Shown here piece after piece: positions 40,328 to 50,971 of a DNA stretch of 64,000 nucleotides (position 1 is the first letter of the stretch; each line of letters begins with the position of its first letter). The notes below the pieces were generated by a model. That model saw nothing but the letters and a program-made list of their open reading frames with translations. It was not told the origin of the DNA and did no database searches. The stretch is taken from the NCBI GenBank assembly GCA_946965045.2, contig OX337234.1, positions 1,488,001 to 1,552,000 of the forward strand. Direction: 5' to 3'. This DNA comes from Epithemia pelagica (Eukaryota; Protista; Bacillariophyta). Both the position numbers and the translations under genes were made by a program.

Positions 40328-43300
40328 GGTATGGGCTGTTGATAGGACGAATTGAAAAGTGTGAGAAATTGTTGGTCAGAGAGAGAAAACAATCGTGAGG
40401 CATCGTCGGCGAGGCGGTTGTGCTGCCCCGGGAAGTATGAGACTTGATGGATGTACCGATGTTCACGTTGATGTAGGCTGGCTGCCCGAAGGATGTAGGA
40501 GGCTGGGCTCGAGGACGTGACACTGCCAGCGTTGTTCCAACCTACGGACGCTGTGTTGTCGCAACCAGTGGCTATTGTGCGTTCTCTGATATCGATGCAG
40601 GACCCCAGGACATCAGCATGTAGGAGTGTGGCTGCCAGTTCGAGGTCATTGTTCGTAATGGGGCCTCGAGGATTGGAAGGGCTCTGAATATGCGGGACAA
40701 GGTTGGGTGGCAAGGGTAAGCGCCAAACAATAGGGGGATGGGCTGGTGTGTGCCGGGATGGTCGCTCGGGAGGTAGCCAGACTCCGCCGAAACCGGATGG
40801 CGCCGCGTCACAGGCTCCGACAAAACTTGGGTGGCAAGGTATGACTTCTGCAATACGCGTTGGTCGATTGGCGACATCAAGTGCAAGTGTCCATAAGTCT
40901 TCAAGTTGGTCTTTGGTGGGCTGTTCCAACGTGACGAACCTTTTGTCGTGGTTCTTGGACAGAGCTAGTTGAAGATGGGAAAAAAGGCCACGGCCGCCCG
41001 GGATGCCCAAGAGCATGCTCCGAAGCTCTCCAAGCAATTTGTGCCACTGCAGTATGGGTACTGACTGTTTGCCGCGCACGGCTTGCAAGATGGAGAGGAG
41101 TTTGGCACGTCTGTGTGGTGGTAGCTCTATGGTTTGTCGCCAGGTGTCAATATCCCAGCCGAGGACTGTCTTGAAAGTAGTCCAACAGCCGTCGCCCCGC
41201 GAGAGTTTTTTTGCTGAAATGGGTTGTCGGCGATCACAGGCGTCGTCTTGGTCGTCATTCGGGCAGAAGATGGCATCGGTGCAGTGCATAAGGGTGCGAC
41301 GAATGCGATTGAGACGAGAGCGGGAGCCTTGTGCGACTTGGATGGTGTCATCCAAATAGACGTCGGTGTAGGCAATGGGTCCACGACGGTAAGGGAGATA
41401 TTTAGACCGTGACGGAGGTGGGTTCTGGGGGAAGATGTCGCGGAGCTGTTCTGGGGAGAGGCGAACCACTGTGTCTTTGGGTGGCGGGGGTGGGATGGCA
41501 ATGGTGACGCGTTCGTCGTGGGGACGGGGGGGGGGGGGGGGGAGTGGAGCTCGCCAGTTGTTCCATCGGGTGAGGTGGTGGATCCCAGCTGGATGTGACT
41601 GTGAGTTGGTTGGCTAAATTGGCGATCGTCTCGGTGAAAGCCGTAAACTGTGGGGGACTCTCAGTCCATCCCATGGGAAGGGTTACGGGAAAGGCGATAA
41701 GGTCGTCGGTGGCGTCTTTCCCACGGGGCAGCACCACACCGAGTCTTGGGACGTCTGCTGGGGCCAAAGGGACACGGTAGAACCCGTCGGACAGATCAAT
41801 TTTGAGGAGGTATACTGGGCCATGCTGTGGCGGGGCCGAAAGGATGGTGCGTAGGATTCGCTTGAGTGTACCACCGAATTGCATGGCTTCGGGGTGTGCC
41901 TGGCGGTTGGTGGTGGCGTTTACTCCGCTGAAAGTGTAATCGACGATGATACGCGGTCGGCGCTCACGCTAGGGAACACAACCGATGGGAGAGATGCGTA
42001 GGTTGGGAAGGCCACGGACCTGTTGAAAGGGGAGGACCAACCAATAGCCGCGGGCGACCATGTCGGCCATGTCGCTGTAGAGGAATTCTTGGAATTCTAG
42101 CGCGCTTTTGTGACAACCTCTTGTGGCTGCCATGACGCGCTGACCGTCGGTCCATTCGTGATCAACGGAGAGGACGGGTACTCCGGCTTGTCGGAATTCG
42201 TCGAGAATGGTTGCCGCGTTGTGTGGCAGACGGGAGATGAAGGGGGCAATGCACGACCGCCCGCGTGTACGATGGATAAACTGTGTCCAAGGTAAAGACG
42301 AGACCTTTGTCTCTTTGGAGACTGCGGGGACTTGGTTTGTCGCTGCACCAGCGCTACGGGCACGAAGGGTCACTGCGTTGCGCAGGATGGTGAGGTGCTC
42401 ACCCTTGTCAGCGTTGGATAGTAGATGGTACACGGCCGGTAGGTTTGCTTCGGAAGTGACGGATGCGAAGGCCATCCAGTCTTTGGCAACCGTTTTGTAC
42501 TTTGTAGCAGGTGGTAATTTGTCGCCTTTTTCCGCCATGCGACGTGCTTCGTCTGTCGCTCTTTCACTTGCTCGATCATTGCGCATGGCACCGAGGATAG
42601 TGGCGACTTGTTCGGTGGCACCGGTAGGGACGGGAGCGAGTAGTGTAGGTATATCTCGCGTTAGGACGGCCCAACGGTGTCGATCAAGGGGCTCGTCATC
42701 AACCACTGGTGTGAAGGTGGTGGGAATGTCACCTAGGAAGGTTGCAGGGTCTGCAACGTTTCGAGACTTGGCGGTTGACGCCACGCGGAGCCAGGCGAGC
42801 AATGGTGCGCATGCGGCTTGGTTGTTGTCGGTGTTGATGGCGACTGAGAGGGTAGTCCATGCTTCGCGTGGTGACAGTGTCTTCCCGAGGACGAGAGGGA
42901 CATACTTCCATGGGACAGGAAACAGGTGGCGTGTGACAACGGATTCGGAGTTGGCTGCACTGGCGGCTAGAGGCGGTAAGAGCTCGATTGTGGTGTCCGC
43001 TGCCCAGGCGGCGTCCATGGTGGCCGTTGTTGCCACTCGTTGTGCGTCGGTAGGTTCGAAGATGGATTGCGGCGTTTCGTAGGTCTGGATGAAGTTGCTT
43101 CCTGGGCGAATGTCGCCGTGGAAGAGGAAGAACTTGTTGTTCCATTGCGGCGCTGGGGCGGCGAGGTCTGGCTCGTAGGCGGAAGGGCGATGGAGAGCGA
43201 TGATCTTTCTTGCGCCATCGATCGACACTTGGGCGAGGAAGACCTTTGGAATCGTATTCGCAGACTTGACGACCGTTTCGAAGAGTTCCTCGGGCGTTTG

Positions 43301-43441
43301 GGTGTTCCCGGTTGCGAAAGGCAAGAAGAGTGGAGTGTAAACTCCATTGAACACATCCTTCATCTGCTTGTAGCGTGTGAGGTAGTTGGTGGGCGACGGT
43401 GCCGCCTGTTGTGGCGTCGCGGCTGGTGGAGCGGCGGCCAT
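39994..43441 (-). pseudogene. gag-RT-RNase H reading frame of YR element 2, with a nonsense codon (41969-71) and a +1 shift in a 17-nt G/C run (41526-42)
   Basis: ISPIGCVP*RERRPRIIVDY (TAG where Gln is expected), KIDLSDGFYRV, LPMGWTESP, YLDD, ACDAAPSG, ITNNDLEL, GCDN and NRLADDASR. Confidence 0.87.
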
Positions 43442-44092
43442 GGTGCTTAGCTATCTACTTCAGCAGTCTCTCGTGACGGCCAAAAGGAAAGAATGAGCTC
43501 CTTGCCACAATGTGACAATCGAGAAAGTGTGACGACGCCGGGCGAGCGCGCCGGGCCAGCAGTGTCAACTCGTCTGTCGTGCGTACCGCAACTCCAATAC
43601 GGTATCTAGCTAGAGGCTGAATAGTCGAACCTGATTCTTCTTTCATGCAAAGGGGATCACAGTGTAATGGGTGACGCCATCAGTATCAGTACCATCTTCG
43701 ACTTGATGTTACTCTGGATCTAGGTAGTCTAATAGAGATGTCCTTCCGCACTGGTTTTGCAGCTAATAGAATCGGTCGCGCGGGTCTCCTTGTCCACGTT
43801 GCGGCGTCAACCCAAAACTACTCCTCAGAATCGTTTACAAGAAAGGGATTAGCGGAACGAAAGAATTCTTATTGTGTGAATCACTCCTTCTTCCTTAGTC
43901 TATATGTTTGCACGCTAGGCGTTCAGAGGTTATTTTAACCGAACGTTACCGAGACAGCGGAATAATGGTGTACGCTCTGTGTCCTGCGTGAGCTTGTCCA
44001 CAACCATCGATCTCGAGTTTTCCTGTGATGAGAACGAGGAACTGTTTGCTGCCTCTCTCATTTGTTGAGAGAAGGACACTCTCAACAAGAGC

Positions 44093-47000
44093 ATGAAAAC
44101 ACAAATTTTTGGATCTGGATCGGAAACCGACGAAGACACCAACCACATGTCGTCCTCCTCCAGTGACGATGAGGAAGGAAAATCTTTTGTTGTGGTTCCG
44201 CACAAGACGCAAGACTCAGGAGAAAGTGAAACTTCGAGGGCCATTGATCCCAAAGATTCCGAGTTCACAGGATATCTTCAAGAAATCGAGAAACCCCAAG
44301 ATTCTTCGCGAATGAGAGAAAAGGACAAGGCACAAGGCAATTGGTTGGTAGATAACAGCAAAGTTCCCAGTGAGATGATCAACGCTTGTCACTCTATGGA
44401 AGACGGCAAGAAGAAAGAGAAAACGCTTCGAGAAGTCCGGTTCGCTCCGAGCGCCCCCATGGAACCTCTGAGTGAAGCTCCCATGGAAAAGGAATTGACA
44501 GATATTGAAATTGCGAAAAAGATGTCGCTTGGAATATCCACAGGTCCTGTCGCGCTTCGCTCGGAGCGTGCGCCGTCACCATACATTCCTCGAGACCCTG
44601 AAGAGAATGTGTTGCCAGAAGACCAGAACATGGAAAAGCAACACATGCAGCTACGTTCAACGAGAACTCCGAGCTTTAGCGATCGGCGCTCCATAATCAA
44701 GACAAGTAGCCAGTATCATGATGGAGACCGGTTTTACGACACCAAGATGCACGGAGACCATTTTTACGACACCAAGATGCCTCCCACACGGAATCATCCA
44801 CTTCGAGACTATGATGTGGATGCTGCTACGACTAAAGAAGAGATGGATATGATGGAGGCTATCAGCAAGTCCCTTCAAGAGTCCGACCCATACTCGTCGC
44901 GTGCAATGACAAACCGAGGAAAAGGAGCGGCTACAGCTTCGATCGCTAGCGGACGAGGAAGACAGCAGGGAAGTTGGCTCTCTCACTTATGGCCTAGAGC
45001 ACCACCAGCCCCACCTCGAAACGACCGAGGTGGGCGAACGATTGCACAAGGAGTCAAATCACAGTACACTTATGAAGGTGGTCAGGTGGCATGTACATCG
45101 ATTTGCCTCGTCGCTGCGCAAAGTTTCTTGACGGATGATCCAAGCGAGTGGGAGCATTTGCAGGGCAGAGCCCTAGATCATTTTGTAGAGGAAGGAATTG
45201 CCCGTCACTTCAATCACGGCAAAAAACACAGCTCTGTGGAACAGCTCTGGGGCCTTCAACTGTTTGCTGATGTCGCTGGAAAACTGGAAATGGGGTGTCC
45301 TTTTCAGGGAAGCGTTGCAAACCGAAACCATTTACGCACGGCGTTGCAGCGGGCCCACGAATTTGCTTTCACTGACAAGAACAGTCCTTCACTTGCCGTT
45401 GTGTTCACCAAGTCTGGTGAAACCATTTTGTGCATCAACTCCATCTTTTCGGAAGAATGGATGTTAATGGATAGTCATGGACAATCTCATGAAAAGGATA
45501 AGCGCATTTATCTCAAAAGCTTCTCTTCGTTGGACGCTGTGGTGGCGTTCTTGGCGAAAAAATACCCTGCGATGCATCTGGGAGATGGATCATTCCAAAG
45601 TGAAATGTACGACATGTTTGAAACGTTCCCAATTATTCGCCGTGAATCACGAGAAAGCAATAAAGATGACCAGCCAGAAGAAGAAATTATGGTCCAGTTA
45701 CCATCCTCCTCTGTGTGTCACAAACTTGTTCTCAAGTCTGAAACGCAACTTGACAAACATCAAGAGGAAGTAGACAAAAGCTCATCCAATAAGTCCATTT
45801 CTTCACCAAAAGACCCCCCAGTGCCACCCCTGAAAGATGAATCAATGAGAGATGAATCAAATCCTCGGAAACGAAACATGAAAGACCCGCCCATGAAACC
45901 GGACGGTCCGGAAAGTGAAGTGGATTCAATAGAGATGGAATTGGAAGACCATCCACGAAAAGAACCCCCGAACAGCTCCTCTGAGGAAAAAGCTGGAAAG
46001 CAGTCTGGCGGTGCGGTTGAATCGTCCCCTTTTTTCGTACAAAGCGATTATGAAGATCCCGTCACTTGTCAAATTATGGCGGATCCGGTCACTTGCAAAG
46101 GTAATTTGAATAGTCTTCTGTGGTTGCTTATCAATCGACTGAATTCTCACCCCAAACGCTTTGATCAATTCATTTAGATGGCCAAACATACGAGCGTTCA
46201 GTCATTGAGAGGTGGTTTCGAGAGAGAGTGCAGGAGGAAGAAAAACGGCGTCGAAAGGAGCAGGAGGGGGAGGATCAGAAAGAAGATGATACATGCTGTG
46301 GCGCACAACGACCTATTCAACTTACGAGCCCAGTTACAGGAAAAGAAGTCTCCGGTGATCTCGTCCCAAACCATACTTTGGCTCAACAGATTGTTCGTCT
46401 GATGGAGGTTAATGCGTTCAAAATGTCTAATGAAGAAATTGAGGAATGGAAAAAGCGACGAAATGAGAAGCATGCAAACGACCGAAAACGAGAAGAACTG
46501 GAACGAGAAGAACAGGCTCGGGTTGAAGAGAGGCGCCGAAACGCTGAAGAAGCCGAAAAACGAAACCGTGGACGTAGCAATGACGGAACCGCTCCTGCGG
46601 ATGGCCCTGGGTCCGCAGCGGTTGATCCTTCACAATTGGTTCGTTTGGATCGCGAAGTCGACAACTCATCTACCTTGTCCACGGGTGACACTGGCCTTTC
46701 ATGCGCTTTGGGGAAGCCTTCGACCTTTATCCCTAGAGAGATTGCGATGACTAATGGCATTCTACGATGCATGGTCCATCGTTGTACCACACGATTGGGT
46801 CAGGATCATGATATGTGGTGTTCTCGTTGCGGCCGTCTTGTTTGTGAGAAGTGTCTTGCGTTTGGCGTCACAGATATTCAATCTACGAGTAATAAGACAC
46901 TTCGCAATATTTGTGTTGATTGCATCACGCAGATTGCTGACGTGATGGACTCCGGCGATATCCATCTTCAACAGAAGAGGGTCGTCCTCACTCGCACCAT

Positions 47001-48402
47001 GGAGAGTCGACACAGTGCTAGATTCTCTAGTGCAGCTTCACGTCTCCAAGACGTCGTCGTCCTTCACGATGTCCAGATGCGCCATGCTCCGGACCAAGCT
47101 CATATGGAAGAAACCGTGTATCAGCTGGAAGTAGAGCTTGCACGCCTCAAGCGGAAGGTACGACAGGCGTCGGAACGTGCATCTGCAGCACGCGAAGATA
47201 ACCCACATGTTGAGCACGAAACTCTGATTGAGAGGCTTACGCAAGAATGTTCCTCATTGGAACAAGAGTTTGCGACTGCAACAGAGAATGAACCTCCCGA
47301 GGCTGAAGAAGAAGCTATCCGTTATTTTGAGTCTTTCAGTGACATTTCCTTCCGATTGGAATCGGCTCGCATGGAACTCGCGACTGCGTTGTCCAATGGA
47401 CCACCCACAAGGAGTAAAACCAAGAACGACGACTCGGTACAAGACGACTCGGAAGAGGATTCTTCTCCGATATTGAACACGCCTGCTGGTAAAATTAAGT
47501 CCATGGAACGAGAATACGCAGAGCTGAAGGCACGCTATGATTCGTTGCTGGAAGAGCCAGAGGGTGAACACGAAGAAGAAGCATTCAACAGGGCGGTTGA
47601 AGTAAGTGCTTTGCAGGCGTCCTTAGAGGAAGTACAAACCCGACTTGTTGTAGCGAGATCAGAGTACAATGAGGCCACTTCAAAAACGCCTGACGAGGTT
47701 ACAAGGGCACTTGAGGATCTGGAAGCCCTCGGCAAAAGTCATGACGACTGGCCTTTGCCGCTCGGCCTCAGCAAAGTTTTCCCGACGTCCCGAATGGAGC
47801 AGCAGATGGAAATCCTACAGAACACACTGGAACTACGCCGCGTCGAATCTGAACGAGCAGGCGAAGAAGAATGGGCTAACCAGATGGGACGTTGGGATTC
47901 TCGACAAGATGAACTTGAAGCAGAAATTGCTAGCACCCGAGCAACACTGGAGGATGCGGAGCGAGACGCGAAAGAGGAAGAACGCCAAGCTCAAGTTCGA
48001 GCGGAGGAGCGTCGTCAACGAGAGCTTGCTCGTCTGGAGCGTGAGCGGGTCCTCCGGGAACAGGCTTTGAAAGCAGAGCGGGAGCGTGCTGAAATGGTTG
48101 CCCGTCATCGTCGAGAAGAAGATGCTACAAGAGATGCTTTTGCCAGAGCCGCAGGCGATAGCAATAATGGTGCCCAAGCATTCGGTGGATCTGGCGACCT
48201 TCGTATGTGCAAAAGGTGCAGAGCCGGTCCGATTGAAAACAAATACTGCACAGATCTGGCAGCTCACAATGATTCGTCATCTAGTTACAAGGGAGAGACG
48301 GTAAGAGCAAAAAGTAAGCCCAATCACTGCCCTCACTGTGATTGGTTTGACGCCAATTGGCACAACTGGCCGTACTGGGATGGAGTTTACGGGCCACACT
48401 AG
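44093..48402 (+). CDS. Multidomain ubiquitin-system protein: UIM, C76/VTD-like cysteine protease, U-box, FYVE-like finger, coiled coil, C-terminal Cys-rich finger (exons 44093-46100, 46178-48402; 1410 aa)
   Basis: The phase-1 GT-AG intron 46101-46177 restores the U-box DPVTCQIMADPVTCK|DGQTYERSVIERWF...SPVTG...LVPNHTL. Also EEMDMMEAISKSLQES, SQY...ACTSIC, LMDSHG and CSRCGRLVCEKC...CVDC. Confidence 0.8.
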
Positions 48403-48695
48403 AACCGACATTTATCTGTCAACCCATGATACAAAGGTTCTGTAGTGAGAACCTGCTGGCTTCTTTTGTACCTTAAGATTGGCTCCAAGGAGGACATCTA
48501 TATTATGCCATTATACATGCTGCTATTCATCGAAGAAATGTTTCCTTCGACTCTTATTCGTCATCTTTCACAGTCAAATTGGTGACAATGTTAGTATGAA
48601 GCTTGACACCGGCAAAAGGCATATGCATAGGTTGACGGGACGGAAGAAGAGACAGAAGATACCGACTGCAAACCAAACCAAGTGATTGAACATGT

Positions 48696-50515
48696 CTAAT
48701 ACGTTCCCCTGTGTGCGGCCATTATAAAGCAGAAGCAGCAAAACGTCGTTGCATAAAGTACGAGCTCTCCAATGACCTGGACTGCGTTCATCGACGACAT
48801 GTCACTAACACAGAGGAGTGGAGAGTCTTTCTTCTGACTAGGGGGGCTTTGGATCTTGACCCCAGCACTTTCGCCGCTCGCTCGAATAAGCATGGGCTGC
48901 AACTCAACGCTCCCGCTTCCAGGATTAGAGTCATCGTCCTCTAGATAGATATTTTCAACGTTCTCATCTTCACTGGCATTGGTTTTGACTGCCTCCCATT
49001 CGAATCGCAATAAGCCCCAAAGCATTCTTCGAATGATTTCAGCAGATCCAATGACAGGCCCCAAAATGTGCGTTGCCCAATTCCCCACCAAGTTCTCGGT
49101 GAGGACACCGGAAGCGTTCAGGTAGTGGAGAGGGACAAAGCTAAGCGTCCAGCAAAACCGGAGAACAATATTGATCCAAGCAATTGCCCAGTAGAATGAT
49201 GTGCTCTGATAAAGCCGTTTGGAGCGGAGAGAACCCTTCCGATCAATCAAATTCCAGTCCATATATACATCCCACCAACACTGATAAAGTGTGGCAATGA
49301 CAAAACTTGCCAGCCAGACAATATTATCCTTTTTGTCGGGATGAAAAACACCAAACATCGCTACCTGTGCAGCTAAAAAGTACTTGAATGCATTTCCCAA
49401 ATAGGGCCATCTTTGTCGTTCATCAAAAACTTGCCGTAGATTCTGAAGAAAACGCCACCAAAGCGGTGATGCGGAGCAAACTGGCAACTAAAGATCAACG
49501 CCAATATTGTGTGAGACGTATGGTTTCTCAGCTGTTTGCCTCTCCATTCAAATTACCTTTATCTCTAGGCGTTTCAGAGACTCACAACAACTGTATGGAC
49601 AATCCAGGAACGTTCCATTTCTGGGACGCTCGCGTCGGCCGTATCAAGAAAGTTAAAATGTCTGTATTCATGTGTCGACCACCACCCCTTGAGGCCAAAC
49701 ATTATGTAAAACAGAGTAAACGAGATATCTTTCAAGGGACGAACCGACGATGTAATGACATCTCCAATGAAGCCATCTCGAAATGAAATAGGGAACCATG
49801 GTGCCCCCCATGTGTACGACACAACTGTCCAGAATGGGCGTCGGCTCTTTGACCAAGGGAAGAATGCCCTGTAGATGAAGAACACAAACAGGATCAAGGG
49901 AAATGTCGGGGCAGCGACTGAAGAAAACATCGACCAAAAGGCATTGGCAGCATCCCCTTTGTATTCTTCACGAGAGGAACTGAGGGTGAAAAGAAAGAGC
50001 GTTACCAGTATTGCCAGGAACATGTCCAATGCAACATTTGTCACTTCCAGTGGTGTAACCACTGAGTCTGAAGTGTTTATGGGAGGTTGAACTTCACCGT
50101 CCTCAGCATAGTCAGCATCCAGAGCTTTCTCCTCCTGAAATAAGGCCTCATCGCCTCCAAGTCCACCACGGGTTCCCTGCAATGCTGCTTCATCGTCTCC
50201 AAGGTCATCACACTGGTCTTCCTCAAGACTCTGAGGGTTATTTGACGCCGTGTGTCCACTGGTATTCTCCTCACCAAGTGGAGGTTGGAAAAATAGCGAT
50301 CGAACAGCACCAGTCCCAATTGATTGCGTCCACAAGGAGAGAGAAACTGCCGCACAAAAAAACATCAAATTTACTTCCAACAGAGCTCGGAAGATTCGGT
50401 AACTCGGTTCATGTTGTCTCAATGCGCTGAACACATTGAAAGACGAATCCCCTATCAACCATATTGCAAAGATCAATGCAACTGCTAAGAGAATCTTTCG
50501 AACACGTCCAACCAT
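48696..50515 (-). CDS. EXS-domain membrane protein (XPR1/PHO1/SYG1 family; exons 50515-49586, 49487-48696)
   Basis: FRDGFIGDVITS, PLWWRFLQNLR, YLGNAFKY, WWDVYMDW and EIIRRMLWGLLRFEWE. GTGAGT...TTTAG intron at 49488-49585. Confidence 0.85.
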
Positions 50516-50971
50516 ATTTCCGCCCGTAGCTCACAACTGGCATCATGGTCACAATGTCACCCAATGCCTTGAAAAGTCTGTGGGGGACAAAGGAGAGAGA
50601 GAAAGGGGAAACGGAACCTACCCCTACTAGCTGGTTTCAGGGTTTAAGCCAGTGAAGTAGAATCTACAGGGCTTCCTACCAGAAGAGAAATCCTCGATAG
50701 CGTTCTCATTACTAGTGAATGAAAATGTCCGACTGGCAACTTCCCAGAGTCTTTGAATAATATTTTATTATTTTTAGTGTATTGTGTGACAGCTTCCGAA
50801 CGCTGGAATTGCGTCCAAAATGATGAAAAAACGGTTGTTGTCTAATGACCATGGTGGAGGGCCATCCCAACCGTTCCAGGTGTTGCCGAGCTGCATCTGG
50901 ATGCTTTAGGGTTTACTTGAACCACCCCCAATGGGGCAACACCTGGACGGATCGGCATCATCCACAAAAGA

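Larger units (their letters stand above)
38570..43598 (-). mobile_element. Second tyrosine-recombinase retrotransposon (split direct repeats), decayed
   Basis: A1(43447-43598)-gag/RT/RH-YR-B1(38860-38983)-A2(38712-38863)-B2(38570-38693). One mismatch per repeat pair. CAAT core at both ends and at the A2/B1 junction. Confidence 0.93.
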
